DNA from: Amoebophrya sp. A120 | Lineage: Eukaryota; Protista; Dinoflagellata | Assembly (NCBI GenBank): GCA_905178155.1 | Contig: CAJINV010000004.1 | Location: forward strand, 5,330,258-5,394,257 | DNA: 64,000 nt | Direction of reading: 5' to 3' | Part shown: positions 37,943 to 49,900 of the stretch, piece after piece | Layout: every line of letters begins with the position of its first letter | How positions within the stretch are numbered: position 1 is the stretch's first letter | Translations under genes and position numbers: made by a program | The notes under the pieces: generated by a model | Databases searched by the model: none | The model's input: only the letters and a program-made list of their open reading frames with translations | Told to the model about the DNA's origin: nothing

Positions 37943-40900
37943 CTACGGCCGGCCAAAAACGCGAACCTCGTTCAACGCCAGCCAGCGGGCCCGGTCCTCG
38001 TAAACGGGGGGGAGCTCCACCCACAAGTAGCGCGCGATCCGCTCTCAACTGCAAAAATGTCTGGGCCTGGAAGACTGCCAGACTTGTCATGCAGGTTTTT
38101 CATGACCCATGAGGTCTGGCATGTAGGGCATAGCATGACAGACTCTGTGAGAGTTCTATCATGCCTATCCTGCATGAGAAACTGCCTCTCGATTCGGTCA
38201 AAAGTGGACAGCTTTTGGTAATCGTGCAACACAGATCCTATACATGATTCAGATTTAGCATGACAAGTTGCTTTGTTCCAGACCCAGACATTTTGCATGT
38301 GATATCCGCGTTTTGCAGTCGAAATCGAATCGGCGCGTGTTCATGGTCCCGTCTATCAAGTGTAAAAATGTCTGGGTCGGGAAGAATGCAAGTTTGTGTT
38401 TGTCATGCTTGTCTGGCATGACTCTTAAATCTGTCATGCACATTACCAAAGAGCCCCACTTTTGTGTCATGCAGAAACGTAGTTTGTCATGCAGAATAGG
38501 CAACACCTAGAAGCTCAGAAACTTGTCATGCTGAGCCAGCAATTGTGGCCTCCTCATGATACGCCACACAGCATCACAAGTTTCACGACCCAGACATTTT
38601 TACATTTGATACCGTCGCCCTCGTAGCCAAACAGCCAGGGATCGTTGCTGTTCAACGAGAGGGGCACGCTGCACTCGTAATTGTCCATTTTCGACCGGCG
38701 AAACGGCGCCTGCTTGTACCGCCGTTGGCACCCGTGTCCGCGGCCCGGCACCTCGTGCTCGGTGGCGTACTGGCACTCCGAGTTGGACACCCCGACCACG
38801 AGATTCGCGTTGGCCACCCAGTCTTCCTGGCAGTCGGTCTCCAACTCGGTGGCGTTCGGAATCGGTTCGGAGAAAGACTCGTTGCGCGCTACAAACAGCA
38901 TATGCATTTTTGCAAACATCGATCTGGGCGGAGTTTGGAAAACCTTGTAATGCTGGGCTACCAGGACAGCACCGGAATCTGTGATGCGTCTTGCGCAAGA
39001 GCGATGCTTGTTTGTCTTTGTATGTGCAAAATTCTAATAAACGGGATTTGTTATCATGCGCAGTAGCCAACAAAGAGCTGTTTCGCAAACTTCTGGCGTG
39101 TGCTTGTTATCGATCCGCACCTACACGACAGCATAACAACTTATTTCCAGATCCACCACAGACAATAAAAAAATATTTGCAATGCATACAACACCCGGGC
39201 GCAAAGTTTAGACTTCGCGAACACCTGAACGCGCGTGATGGGGAGCCGCCGCCCGAAATCCAGCTCGAGAAAGGGCGCCACCTCCGGGTTGGTCTGGCAG
39301 AAGCTGTCGGGAGCAAGCGTGTTGTTATCCACACACTGCACAGCCACGGTCTCGTCGCTAAACGTGGTCGACAGCCGGACCGCGGTCGGCAAGATTTCGA
39401 CCTCGGGGAACGTGTCCAGACTGGGCCACCCCGCGTAGGAGGAGGCGGGCATCGGGCCGTTCGCCATGAGCGGGTTTCCCATCCAGATGGAAAGCGACCC
39501 CGTAGCGATGATCATCGCTTCAGTGAAACCCAACAGCCTCACTCCGTTTATCCCCGCGTTCTTGGTCGCGTTGTTCACGTTGTCCCTGAGCGTTTCCTCC
39601 TGCGCAATAGTGAGGCCTTGATCTGCCGACCACTCCTGGTCAAAGGCGTGAATCGTGTCATTGCGACCCCGCAGCCCAAACTCCGTGTACAACTGTAAGA
39701 CTAGCACCCCTCGTCGCCGTCGCTTTGCTATTTCGGCGGTTTCAAGATCGTGTAGTTGAGATGTTCTTGATGTTCTCGTTGAAAGCGACGACGTAACAGT
39801 TGTTTTTCTTGTTCCACCTTTGACACTACTCTTTCTCGTGTCTCGTTGTGCAAGAGCCACTGCAGCAGTGCTTCCTGTGCTTTCTGCTTCATTTGCTGTA
39901 CTCCCCGTGTTGCGACCTCTACTCGACCTGCTTTTCACAGAGCTTTTATCTCTCGTCGGTGGGAGACGATGGAGATCTTCTGCAGCCGTTCGCTTGCTTG
40001 ATCTCTTTATTTCCACTGCTGTCGCTAATGCCGGTGGTGCTTCATCTTCGCTATCCTCGCTCCTTTGTACGACTGCGACGACCTCCTCTGCCTTGGTTCT
40101 TTCATGTTCTGGCACAACCGAACTGAAAGCTCCACTTTCGGTAGTTGCTTTTTCCCTTTCTTCCGTGCTAGTTCTTGGACGAGCTGCGCGGGGAGGTGGT
40201 GGTGGTGGTGGACCAGAATTCTCTAAACCTATCCGGCTCTTTCTAATGTCTCCCTCACGTCGACCAACATCAGTTTGCAGCAGCGTGACGCCGCCGCTGT
40301 TGAAGGGGTCGTAGCCCTTAGGCCTCGGCGGCGCCTCGGCTGTGGACAGAATGGTGATACTGGGGTCCTCAATCTGCGAAACAGCCAGACCCTGAATTCC
40401 GAGCTCGTTTTCGAGGAAGAACAAAATTCCCTCGGCTACGGAGGACAGCATCGTGGGGTCCGCTACCAAAATATCCTTATCCACCCCGTTCACGTCGTTG
40501 TCCAAAGTCAAATACTATGCATTACGAATATCCCCGAATGTCTGGAAATTTGTGATGCTGAATGGCCATAATTGAACACGACCCTCGCTAGTGGAGCCAA
40601 GCATGACACATATTTTGATGTTGGACGCTTTCCTTTAGTACTGCATGAGGCGCATTACAACCTGCGTTTTTGTTTTTGCACGAAGCAAAAGGTCGCGCTT
40701 TTGTTGGTCATGCTGCAACACAGTTTTTACAGGAATGCAAGCCAAGCAATACAAGTTTCACTTTTCCAAACCCGGATCATGACATTTGCAATGCATAAAT
40801 ACTGCTCGAATTCCCGCGTGGCGAGCATCAGCGTCGTGGTGGTCGTGGTGGTGGTGGTCGTCGTCGTCGAGGTGGTGGTCGTGGTCGTGATCTCCACCGA

Positions 40901-43900
40901 ACTCCCGGTGGTCCCCTGATAAAAGAAGATGCCGCAGAACGATAACCCCGTCGCCACGGATCCGGCCGCCGCCTGAATCCGCATCGATTTGAAGGTCCGG
41001 TTGGTGGGAAACGGCACCCAGGTGCCTGTGTCCTTGCTGTTGACGTCGTCCGGGAGCTTGAAGGTAAAATTGCTGTCGTCGTCAAACCACACCTCGTACC
41101 AAATGCAAATACGCCTGGGTCTGGATGAGTGCGGGAGTTTGTCATGCATCTTTCGGACCACACGGATGCCCTGGATTGCACGGAAAGCATTCCAAGTTTT
41201 GATCAGGTCCCTTGATGCCTGTCCTGCATGAGAAACTCGCTAGTCTTCTGGCAAAAAGTGAACATAGTTTTGGCGCTCACGCAACACAAATTTTTGCGTG
41301 ATCCAGGGTCTGCATGACAAGTTGGACTCTCGTCCCAGACCCAGACAAATTTGCATTTAATACCTCGGCGCCCTGCAACGCGCCCGTGGACGGGACGTTG
41401 CCGATCGACGTGTTTCGGGCGAAAATCTCGAAGCCGGCGACCAGCTGCTCGAAATAGGGCCAATTCTCCTCCTGCGCCGCCTTGAAGTCCGCCTGCCAAA
41501 ACGGAAGCTGCTGCTGCTGCCCGCCGGAACTGGCGCCGACGTCGCTGTGACAGCAGACCCGGTCTTCCACCGGAAGCTGGTCGTACGACTCCTCGATGCC
41601 CCGCCCTTCGCGGTTGTCGAAGGTCCGTTTCAACACGTTGTCCGCCCCGCACACGGGGCCCGCGCAGTCCCCGTCCTCCTTGCTTTCCGGGCCCTGTTTC
41701 GCGGTGAACTGCGACCCGTCCAGAGGGGCTAGTGTGCCGAAGTATTACGATGAAAAACGCCCCCCCCCCCCGAACTTGGGAGCATTTGTATTGCAAACCT
41801 TTAAAAATGAAACGTTTGCCGTCTTGCATCTATCAGCATCACAGGTTTCCAATCGTGAATAGCAAAAATTTGTATTGCAAAAGACCCCAGGAAGAGTGGC
41901 GCTTGTCATGCAAGCGATGCGATACACGCCGAGAATCTGCATCAGAAAGATTCCTACTCCTTTCATGCATGGCAAAAAGTTTTCATTTGGAAACTTCGCA
42001 TCACAAATTTTTGCAACTTTGGGGGTGGGGGCATTTTTCACTGTAATACGAAGTTCGGGAAGCTCTGCACCTCGTCGCCCCCACAGAAACAGAGCCGCTG
42101 GCGCAGGTCGTTGGGGCTGACGGCGTCTATCAACTGCAAAAGTGTCTGGGTCTGGAAACTTGTAATGCTGCGTTGGGAATAGTGAATGCTCTGCGATGCA
42201 CAGGCAAGCATGAGAAATATCTGCGCTTCTTTGTGTTGCGTTTTTCGCATGACAAACTGCGTTTTTGCATGACAGGCAAAAAGGTCTCTTCTTGAACACG
42301 CATCACAAACTTTTTGCTCATGCCAGACAAGCATGACAAATCTCGCAATCTTCCAGACCCAGGCATTTTTGCATTTGATAGCGTCGCAGCGGGACCGAAA
42401 ACCCTTGGCGAATTCCGCGAGTGGGAACTTATAACAGTGCACAACCCCCCCGCCCCCTCATTTGTATCGCATGAACGGCAACACAAGCATAAGCAAGAAT
42501 GCCGGTTTTGCATGACAAATTTGCACTCGAGTAGAGTGCTATCTGGCTCTGGGCTACCAGAACTTGTCATGCATAATAGTGACAGGAGGGAAAGTGTGGA
42601 GTTGGTGTTTTGCATGAGAAATGAGAATGAGGGGGAGTTGTGCACTGTCATAGAACTGGACGCACTTCCACGACCCGTCGTCCGCATCCGCCTCGTAGAA
42701 GGGTGCGAAATATGCATTGCAAATATGTCTGGGTCTGGAACAACGTTGGAACTTGTCATGCTAAATCTGAATCATGTAAAAATCTGTGTTGCTTTGTTAC
42801 CAAAAGCTGTGTACTTGTGACCTAACCGAGACACAGTTTCTCATGCATTATAGGCATCATAGAACTATCACAGAATCTGTCATGCTATGTCCTACATGCC
42901 AGACCTCATGGGTCATGGAAAACCTGCATGACAAGTCTGGCACTCTTCCAGGCCCAGACATATGTGCAGTTGATACGAAAGAGAAGTAGTCCGTCGCGTC
43001 TTCCGTCACGGCGTCGCACGAGGTGGTTAAGGTAGCGGGCTTGGCTATCCTGTGTAAAAACGTCCCCAGTATAGTCAAGTTGGGAATCTACCAACACAAA
43101 TCTCCAAGTTATTGGAGCTGTGCATGACAAGCTTCCCCCTGCAGTGTAGTGCTGGTTGGCAAGGGAAGCCGCACGAGAAAGCCATTTTGTCCTCCTGTTT
43201 ACAGCATTACAAATTTTTCCAAAATACGGTTGGAAATCAATGCCTCTCACGGAGCTGCGCATTACAAATGTATACTGTCATTGCACGTCTGCATGACAAC
43301 TCTGCTGGGGTGGAGACGTTTTTACTCAGGATATTGGCATTGTTCAGCTTGGCGAGACTGCCCGACGTGGCGCTGGTCACCGTGGTCCGGAGGCTGCTGT
43401 ATCGAATGCAAATATGTCTGGGTCTGGAAAAGTGGGACTTGTGTTGCATGTCTAGCATTCCTGAAAAATCTGTGTTGCACAGCCAGCAAAGGCGTTGCTT
43501 TTTCGTCATGCAAAGACGCAGTTTGTCACGAGTGCTACGCATCAGACAGCGTCAACGAAACTTGTCATGCTTGGCTGCATTTGAAAGCACAAGCCTCATC
43601 CGTAATTTAGCATCACACGTTCTTTCCAGCCTCAGACATATTTGCATTGCATACACTGCACGGGAGCGCAAGTTCGGCACACCGGTCGTCGCAGCTCTGC
43701 AGTGCGGAGGCCAGGTAGAACCCGGACAAGTCCAGCAGCGTGGTGGTTGTCGTGGTGCTGGTGGTAGTCGGGTCCATGCTATCAAATGCAAAAATGTCTG
43801 GGTCTGGAAGGATGCAAGGTTTGCCATGCAGGTTTTCCATGACCCATGAGGCCTGGAATGCGGAACCTAGCATGACAGATTCTGTGAGGTCTCTATCATG

Positions 43901-46900
43901 CCTATCCCGCATGAGAAACTCCCCCGCAACTTGGTCGAAAGAGGACAACGTTTCGTACTCATGCAACACAGATTTTTGCATGATTCAGATTTAGCATCAC
44001 AAGTTGCAATCTTCCAGACCCAGACATATTTGCAATGCATACATGCCCGCGTAGAAAAAGATGCCGGTCAACACGAGCGGGTTTTCTGTTTTGTCGTTTT
44101 GGATTTTCATGGACCGGAACCTTCGTTTATTAAAGGGCCAGGATCGAAATTGACAAAGTTGGAGTAATTTGCCATGCATAAAATGGATAACCAGTTGGAA
44201 CCCGGTTGCTAGGTGGCGCATGACAAATTTCGGTAAAACGACCAAATTGCAGTTTGTCATGCTGTTTGGGCAAAGAGGGCTGCTTCTGTCGTGCTACTTT
44301 CGCAACTCTATCTCTAGTCCTAACGAGGCTTACAATCCGTCTCATTTGCCATCTCTGCAAGACAGGTATCTCATGCCTTGCACTCATATGCATTACAAAC
44401 TTTCTCAACCTTGTCAATTTCGGTTCTGACGCTTCCATATCGTTGCACTGGAACATACACTCCGTTGAACATCAGCGGATCTTGCGGCAGCACCAGCGAC
44501 GGGTCCCCCTCGTCATCGAAATACACACTGCTCCCGCCGATCTTGGAGGTGCTGTTCTCCCCGTGCGGCCACAGCTCGAAGCCCTCCACGTACCACGACT
44601 GAAACACTGCGAAGTCTGACCCGGAAGCCCACGCCGGCGTTACTGGCTTCTTCCACTCCACGCGCCAGTAAGATCCCGCCCCGGCTTCTCCCCCAAAGAC
44701 CAAGTTCCGCAGCGCAACCGCCCCGTCGTTTACCGGGTCGCGAAACGTAAACGGGCGGTTCTGGAAGTTGCTGGCGTTCGAAAAACTGGAGTAGTTTCCG
44801 AGTTGCGTGGCCGTGAGGAGACTATTGTCGATCGGCAACAGGAGCTTGCTTGTCAGGTTCCGCATGAACTTTCCCCCGCAGAAGCACAGGCGTTTGTGTT
44901 TGTTACTTGCGCTTTTCGCGGAGCAAACCGACTGGTAGCCGACGGCAAAGGTGTCGTTGCTGAACTGGTAGCAGCGGAGCAATTCCGTGACGCCGTCGGC
45001 CTCCACATCCATCTCCAAGTACGGCGCAAAGGCGGCTTCGCGTTTTGCGGTCTCGTTCGCGTCGCAGGTAACGTTCGCGGCCTCGATATTACAATGAAAA
45101 ACGCCCCCACCCCTGAACTTGGGAGCATTTGTATTGCAAACCTTTCCAAACGAAACACTTGCCCTCTTGGATCTATCAGCATCACAGATTTCCAATCGTG
45201 AATAGCAAAAATCTGTATTGCAAAAGCTCCCAGCAAGAGCGGCGCTTGTCATGCAAGCAATGCGATATACGCTTAGGCTCTGCATCCATCAGAGAGATTC
45301 ATACTCCTTTCATGCATAACAAAAAGATTTCATTTGGAAACTTCGCATCACAAATTATTGCAAGTTTGGGGGTGGGGGCATTTTTCATTGTAATACTCGA
45401 AGTTAAAGGTTTCGTTCGGTTGCGACGAGGATGTGGTGTCATCGAAAATTCGGCTCGTCTCCGCACTGTTGCAGGGCAACTCGTCCACCGCGCACGCCTC
45501 GTCGCAGCTTTCCAGCTCCTGCGCAAGTCGGTACCCGGATAGTTCTTCCTCCACAGGTGGAGGAGACGTCGTCGACGTTGTGGTTGGGTCCGCGCCGGCG
45601 TAAAAATGGATGCCGCAAAACCGCATCAGGTCCGGGGAGTTGTTGTTTTGGATCTTCAGGGAGCGAAACCTCCGCTGGACAGTGACGAAAATCGGGTCAA
45701 AATTGTTTCCAGCAAGAGCATCGTCCGCCGGGAGCTGCATCGAGGGCTCTAACTCATCATCGAAAAACAGGTCCGCCTCGTACAGCGACGAAAATCCCGC
45801 GGTTGCGTCGCACCAAATCTCGAAGCCGTGCACATATTCAGACAGCAAGGGATTAATCGTTTCATCTGCTCCACCAACGAACGCCGTCGCCCACGCCGGT
45901 GGGCTAACAGACACGGCAAACTCGACGCGAAACCACGCGCCCCCGCCCTGCCCCAACACGACACAGGCCTCTTCGCCCGCCGCGGTATCCGCGCTGTAAA
46001 GGGCCCGGTCCGCGAAGGTGCGGTTGAGAAAATTGTTCTCCGTCCCCGAATTGTCAAAAGTAGCATCGTATCAAATGTAAAAATGTCTGGGTCTGGAAGA
46101 ATGCGCGATTTGTCATGCATATTTCTCATGACCCATGATGCCTGTAATGCATGACCTAGCATCGCAGACTTTTAGAGTGTTTCCTGATGCACCTTCCGCA
46201 TGAAAAATGTCCTTTCCGTGTAGCACAAATTGTACCCCTCTTGCTGGTCATGCAATGCAAATTTTTTTAGAATCCAAAAACAGCATGACAAGTTGCAATC
46301 TTCCAGACCCAGACATTTTTGCAGTTGATACACCGGTGAAGCGAGACAAGCTGATCGGGTTGAGCTGCCTTCCCTCGAACATGCGCATCGCACTGCCGCC
46401 GCAGTAGCACACGCGCCGGTGGGCTGGGACGGTGCTCTTCGCGCTGCAGCTACTGTAAATCCCGGCCTGTCTTGCGGTCGCGTTGAAGGCGGAACACCGG
46501 TGGCCCCCGGCGGCCTTGCTCGCTGCTTCTGCGAGAGAGCTTCTTCTTATTGCACTCGTAGTTGATGTTATTTTCTGTCTTATTTTTCCCGCGTCCGCAC
46601 CTGATTTTTCTTCATGATGTTGTTGTTGATGTAGTTGCATAGTGCCTTCTTCTTCTTGTTTTTCTTCTCTCCCCCGCTCCACCAGAGTCACGGCCGGCGC
46701 GGTGTAGACCTGCACGTAGGGCGCAAAATTTTCCGTGCGGCCCGCTTCGTCGGTCTCCGTGCATGTGACCCCCAGATTATTTCCCACGTTGGTCGACAGG
46801 TCCGCTTCTGCGAACCCGGTCACCTCCTCGCTGTTGCACGGCAAATTGTACTCCGCACAGGTGTCGTCGCAACTCTGCAAACTGGCAGCGAGGTACAGGT

Positions 46901-49900
46901 GGTTCGAATACGGGGTGAGGCGGAGCGGCGTCGTGTCCGGACCAGCGTAGAAGTGGATCCCGCAAAAGGAAAAAAACGACGTAGGGGTCGTATCGCCGTC
47001 GCGCATCGCAAGCTTCATGCTCTTCCACTCTGTGCGGTTCGCGGGAAGCTCGACGTACGTGCCCGTCGAGGAAATGGAGGACCCCGCAATCGTGAAGGCA
47101 GCGGTGGGCTCATCGTCGAAGAACACTTCCAGGGTTGCTGGCAGGGCGTCGTACGCGTCGTCGTTGGCGAAGAGCTCGAAGCCGGCAACCGGCCGGGCGA
47201 ACGAGGTCCAGTTGCCGTTCGTGCTGCCCGTCCACTCGACGCGCCAGAAGGGAACGTCGGTGCTGGAGGCGGAGGTTTTGTAGCCGGTGTGGAAGCAGAC
47301 CAGGCTCCCCGCGTCTAAGTTCGCCTTGTCGTAGCTGTTTCCAATTTCCTCCGCCCCGCGGTTTGTGAACTCACGGTTGAAGACGTTGCTAGCCGGGCAC
47401 AGGTCCGCCCCGCTCAGCGACCCGTTCTCCAGACAGGCCACCTTCAAATCGTCCCGGTTGGTCCAGGTGCGCGCACTAAACTGCTCGGGGTCGACGGGAC
47501 TCCGCACCGCGTCTCCGATGAAGCGCATGTTGGCGCTGCCGCAGTAGCACACCCGCTGCAGGTCGGCCTGCGCGGGCGCCTTCGCGCCGCACACGGACCG
47601 CAGTCCCGCGGTCTGCAGCGCGGGCGAAAATTTGTAACACGCCCAGCTCTGGTCCGCGGGGTCTTGCGTCGCGTAGGGCGCGAGAACCTGGTTGCCTATG
47701 AACTGCAAAAGTATCGCACTCGTATAGATGCATTACAAATTTCCTCAGCATGAGAAATAGAATTTGTAATGCGGATTTCCCTTAACAAAAGGATTTGTAA
47801 TGCATGCTTGCAATATGAGTACGGAACTTTTGCACAGGATATTGCCGGCTCCGACCCCGGTCGTGATCACCGTCGCCTCCGCGACGGACGCGCACGTAGC
47901 CCCATGCATTGCAAAAGTATCGCACTCGTACTAATTGCAGTTATGCACGACAAATTTTCTTTCCAAGGTAAAACAGCATGACAAATTCAATTTTTCATGC
48001 TGAGAAAATTTGTATTTGTAATGCGATTTATACTAGTACGATGCTTTTGCAATGCATAAGCCCCCCCGGGCAGCAACAGTTCGAAGTTCGCCTGCTCCGC
48101 CGAGGTGGCCTGGTCGGCGTTGCAGGGCAACCCGAGGTTCGCGCACTTCTCGTCGCAGCTCTGCATGGCGTCCGCGAGAAAATACCCCGGTTTCCGGAGA
48201 AAATTCGCGGGGTTCGTCACCGTCGACAGCCGTAGCTTGCTCAGCCACGTGCCCCGCTCCCGTGCCCCGACGGTGACGACGTTGATGCCCGTCGGGCAGT
48301 CGATGGGCTGGTCAAAAACCTGGCTCTCGATCCACTGGTCGCTCCGCACCGAAGAGCTGGGGGCCAGCATCAGCTTCCGCGTCCCGAGGACGGTCCCGTC
48401 CCGGTCCGTCACCTTAAAGCAGAAACTGTCGTCGCTGCCGACGTCGCTATTGTTGTCGTCGGCGCGCATCGCGGCGAACAGCTTGACCTCCTCGGTGGCC
48501 CCGCTAGCCACCCGCACCACCATGCGGAACTGCGCCTGGTGCCCGGAACCGAAGCTGCAGTCGGCGTCCACGTTATCGTTTGCCTGGCTCGGGTCGTTGG
48601 GCACGGCGAGGTAGTCGGTCACGGTCCCGGCCTCCGTCAACGACGCCAGCGCCATTTCGCCGGATAGGTCGGCCTCGGGCGCGGTGATTTCCACAAGGGT
48701 CGTATCATATGGAAAAACGTCCCCACGCCATAATCAAATTGGGAACTTAGCGATACAAACAAACCCAGAGGTTTTGGGAGCCACGCATGACAAATTCCAG
48801 TCCGTATTGTAGTGCAGTTTAGCAAGTGCAGCCGCATCACAAATCCATCTGCTTATCCCGTTTACACCATTACAAATTCCAAAACGCGATTGGAAAGGCC
48901 TCTCACGGAGATGCGCATTACAAGTCTTCCTATAATCGAAAATCTGCATGACAACTATGGGGTGGGGACGTTTTTACTCAGGATAGGTCGCAGAGGTCGT
49001 GGTACTCGTGCTCGTCGTCGCCGGGCGCACCACGAAGTGCGCGTTGCCGCTCGCGATCGACAGCTTGCTGAGCTATTACAGTGAAAAATGCCCGCCATCC
49101 CTGACATTGCAAAAATTTGCGATGCGAAGTTTCCCAGTGAAAACTTTTTGTCATGCATGAAAGGAGTATGAATCTTTCTGATGCAGAGTCTAGGCGTGTA
49201 TCGCATCGCTTGCATGACAAGCGCCGCTCCTGCTGGGGTCTTTTGCAATACAAATTTTTGCTATTCACGATAAGAAACCTGTGATGCTGATAGATGCAAG
49301 AGGGCGAATGTTTCATTTGGGAAGGTTTGCAATACAAATGCTCCCAAGTTCGGGGGTGGGGGCATTTTTCATTGTAATACGAGCCAGGTGCCCTTCTCGC
49401 GGGCGCGCAGCGTCATCTGGTTCACCCCCGCTGTCAAATCGAACTCGCTGCTGGTCTGCGTGACGGTGCCCCCGGCTTCGACGGTCTGCAGGGTCATCGG
49501 CACCGTGGCCCAATCCGTAGAGCTGAAGGCCGGGTTCCCGTAGCCTTGCAGCTCCCACCACCGGAAACCAGACTGCGCGCCGGTCGGATCGGTGAACCCG
49601 ACACAGTAGCTGTCGTCTTTCCCGGTGTCCTCTTCCGCCCGAGCCTCTGCGTCGATGCTCACCTTCGCGTCGTTCTCCAGCTGGATCTCGAATACGGCCA
49701 GGTCGCCTATGACGTTCTCAAGTGTTACATTCTCAACTGTTGTGTGATTTGTCATGCAAAATCACAATCAGAATCGATGCGATCAAGCTGCTTAGCATGA
49801 CAAATTTGCAAAGGGCTAAACAGCACCGAAATCATCTGTGCGGCATTTGTATGTAATGCTAGAGGCGCAACCTCCCCCCTTTGACTGTTGCTATTCTTGC

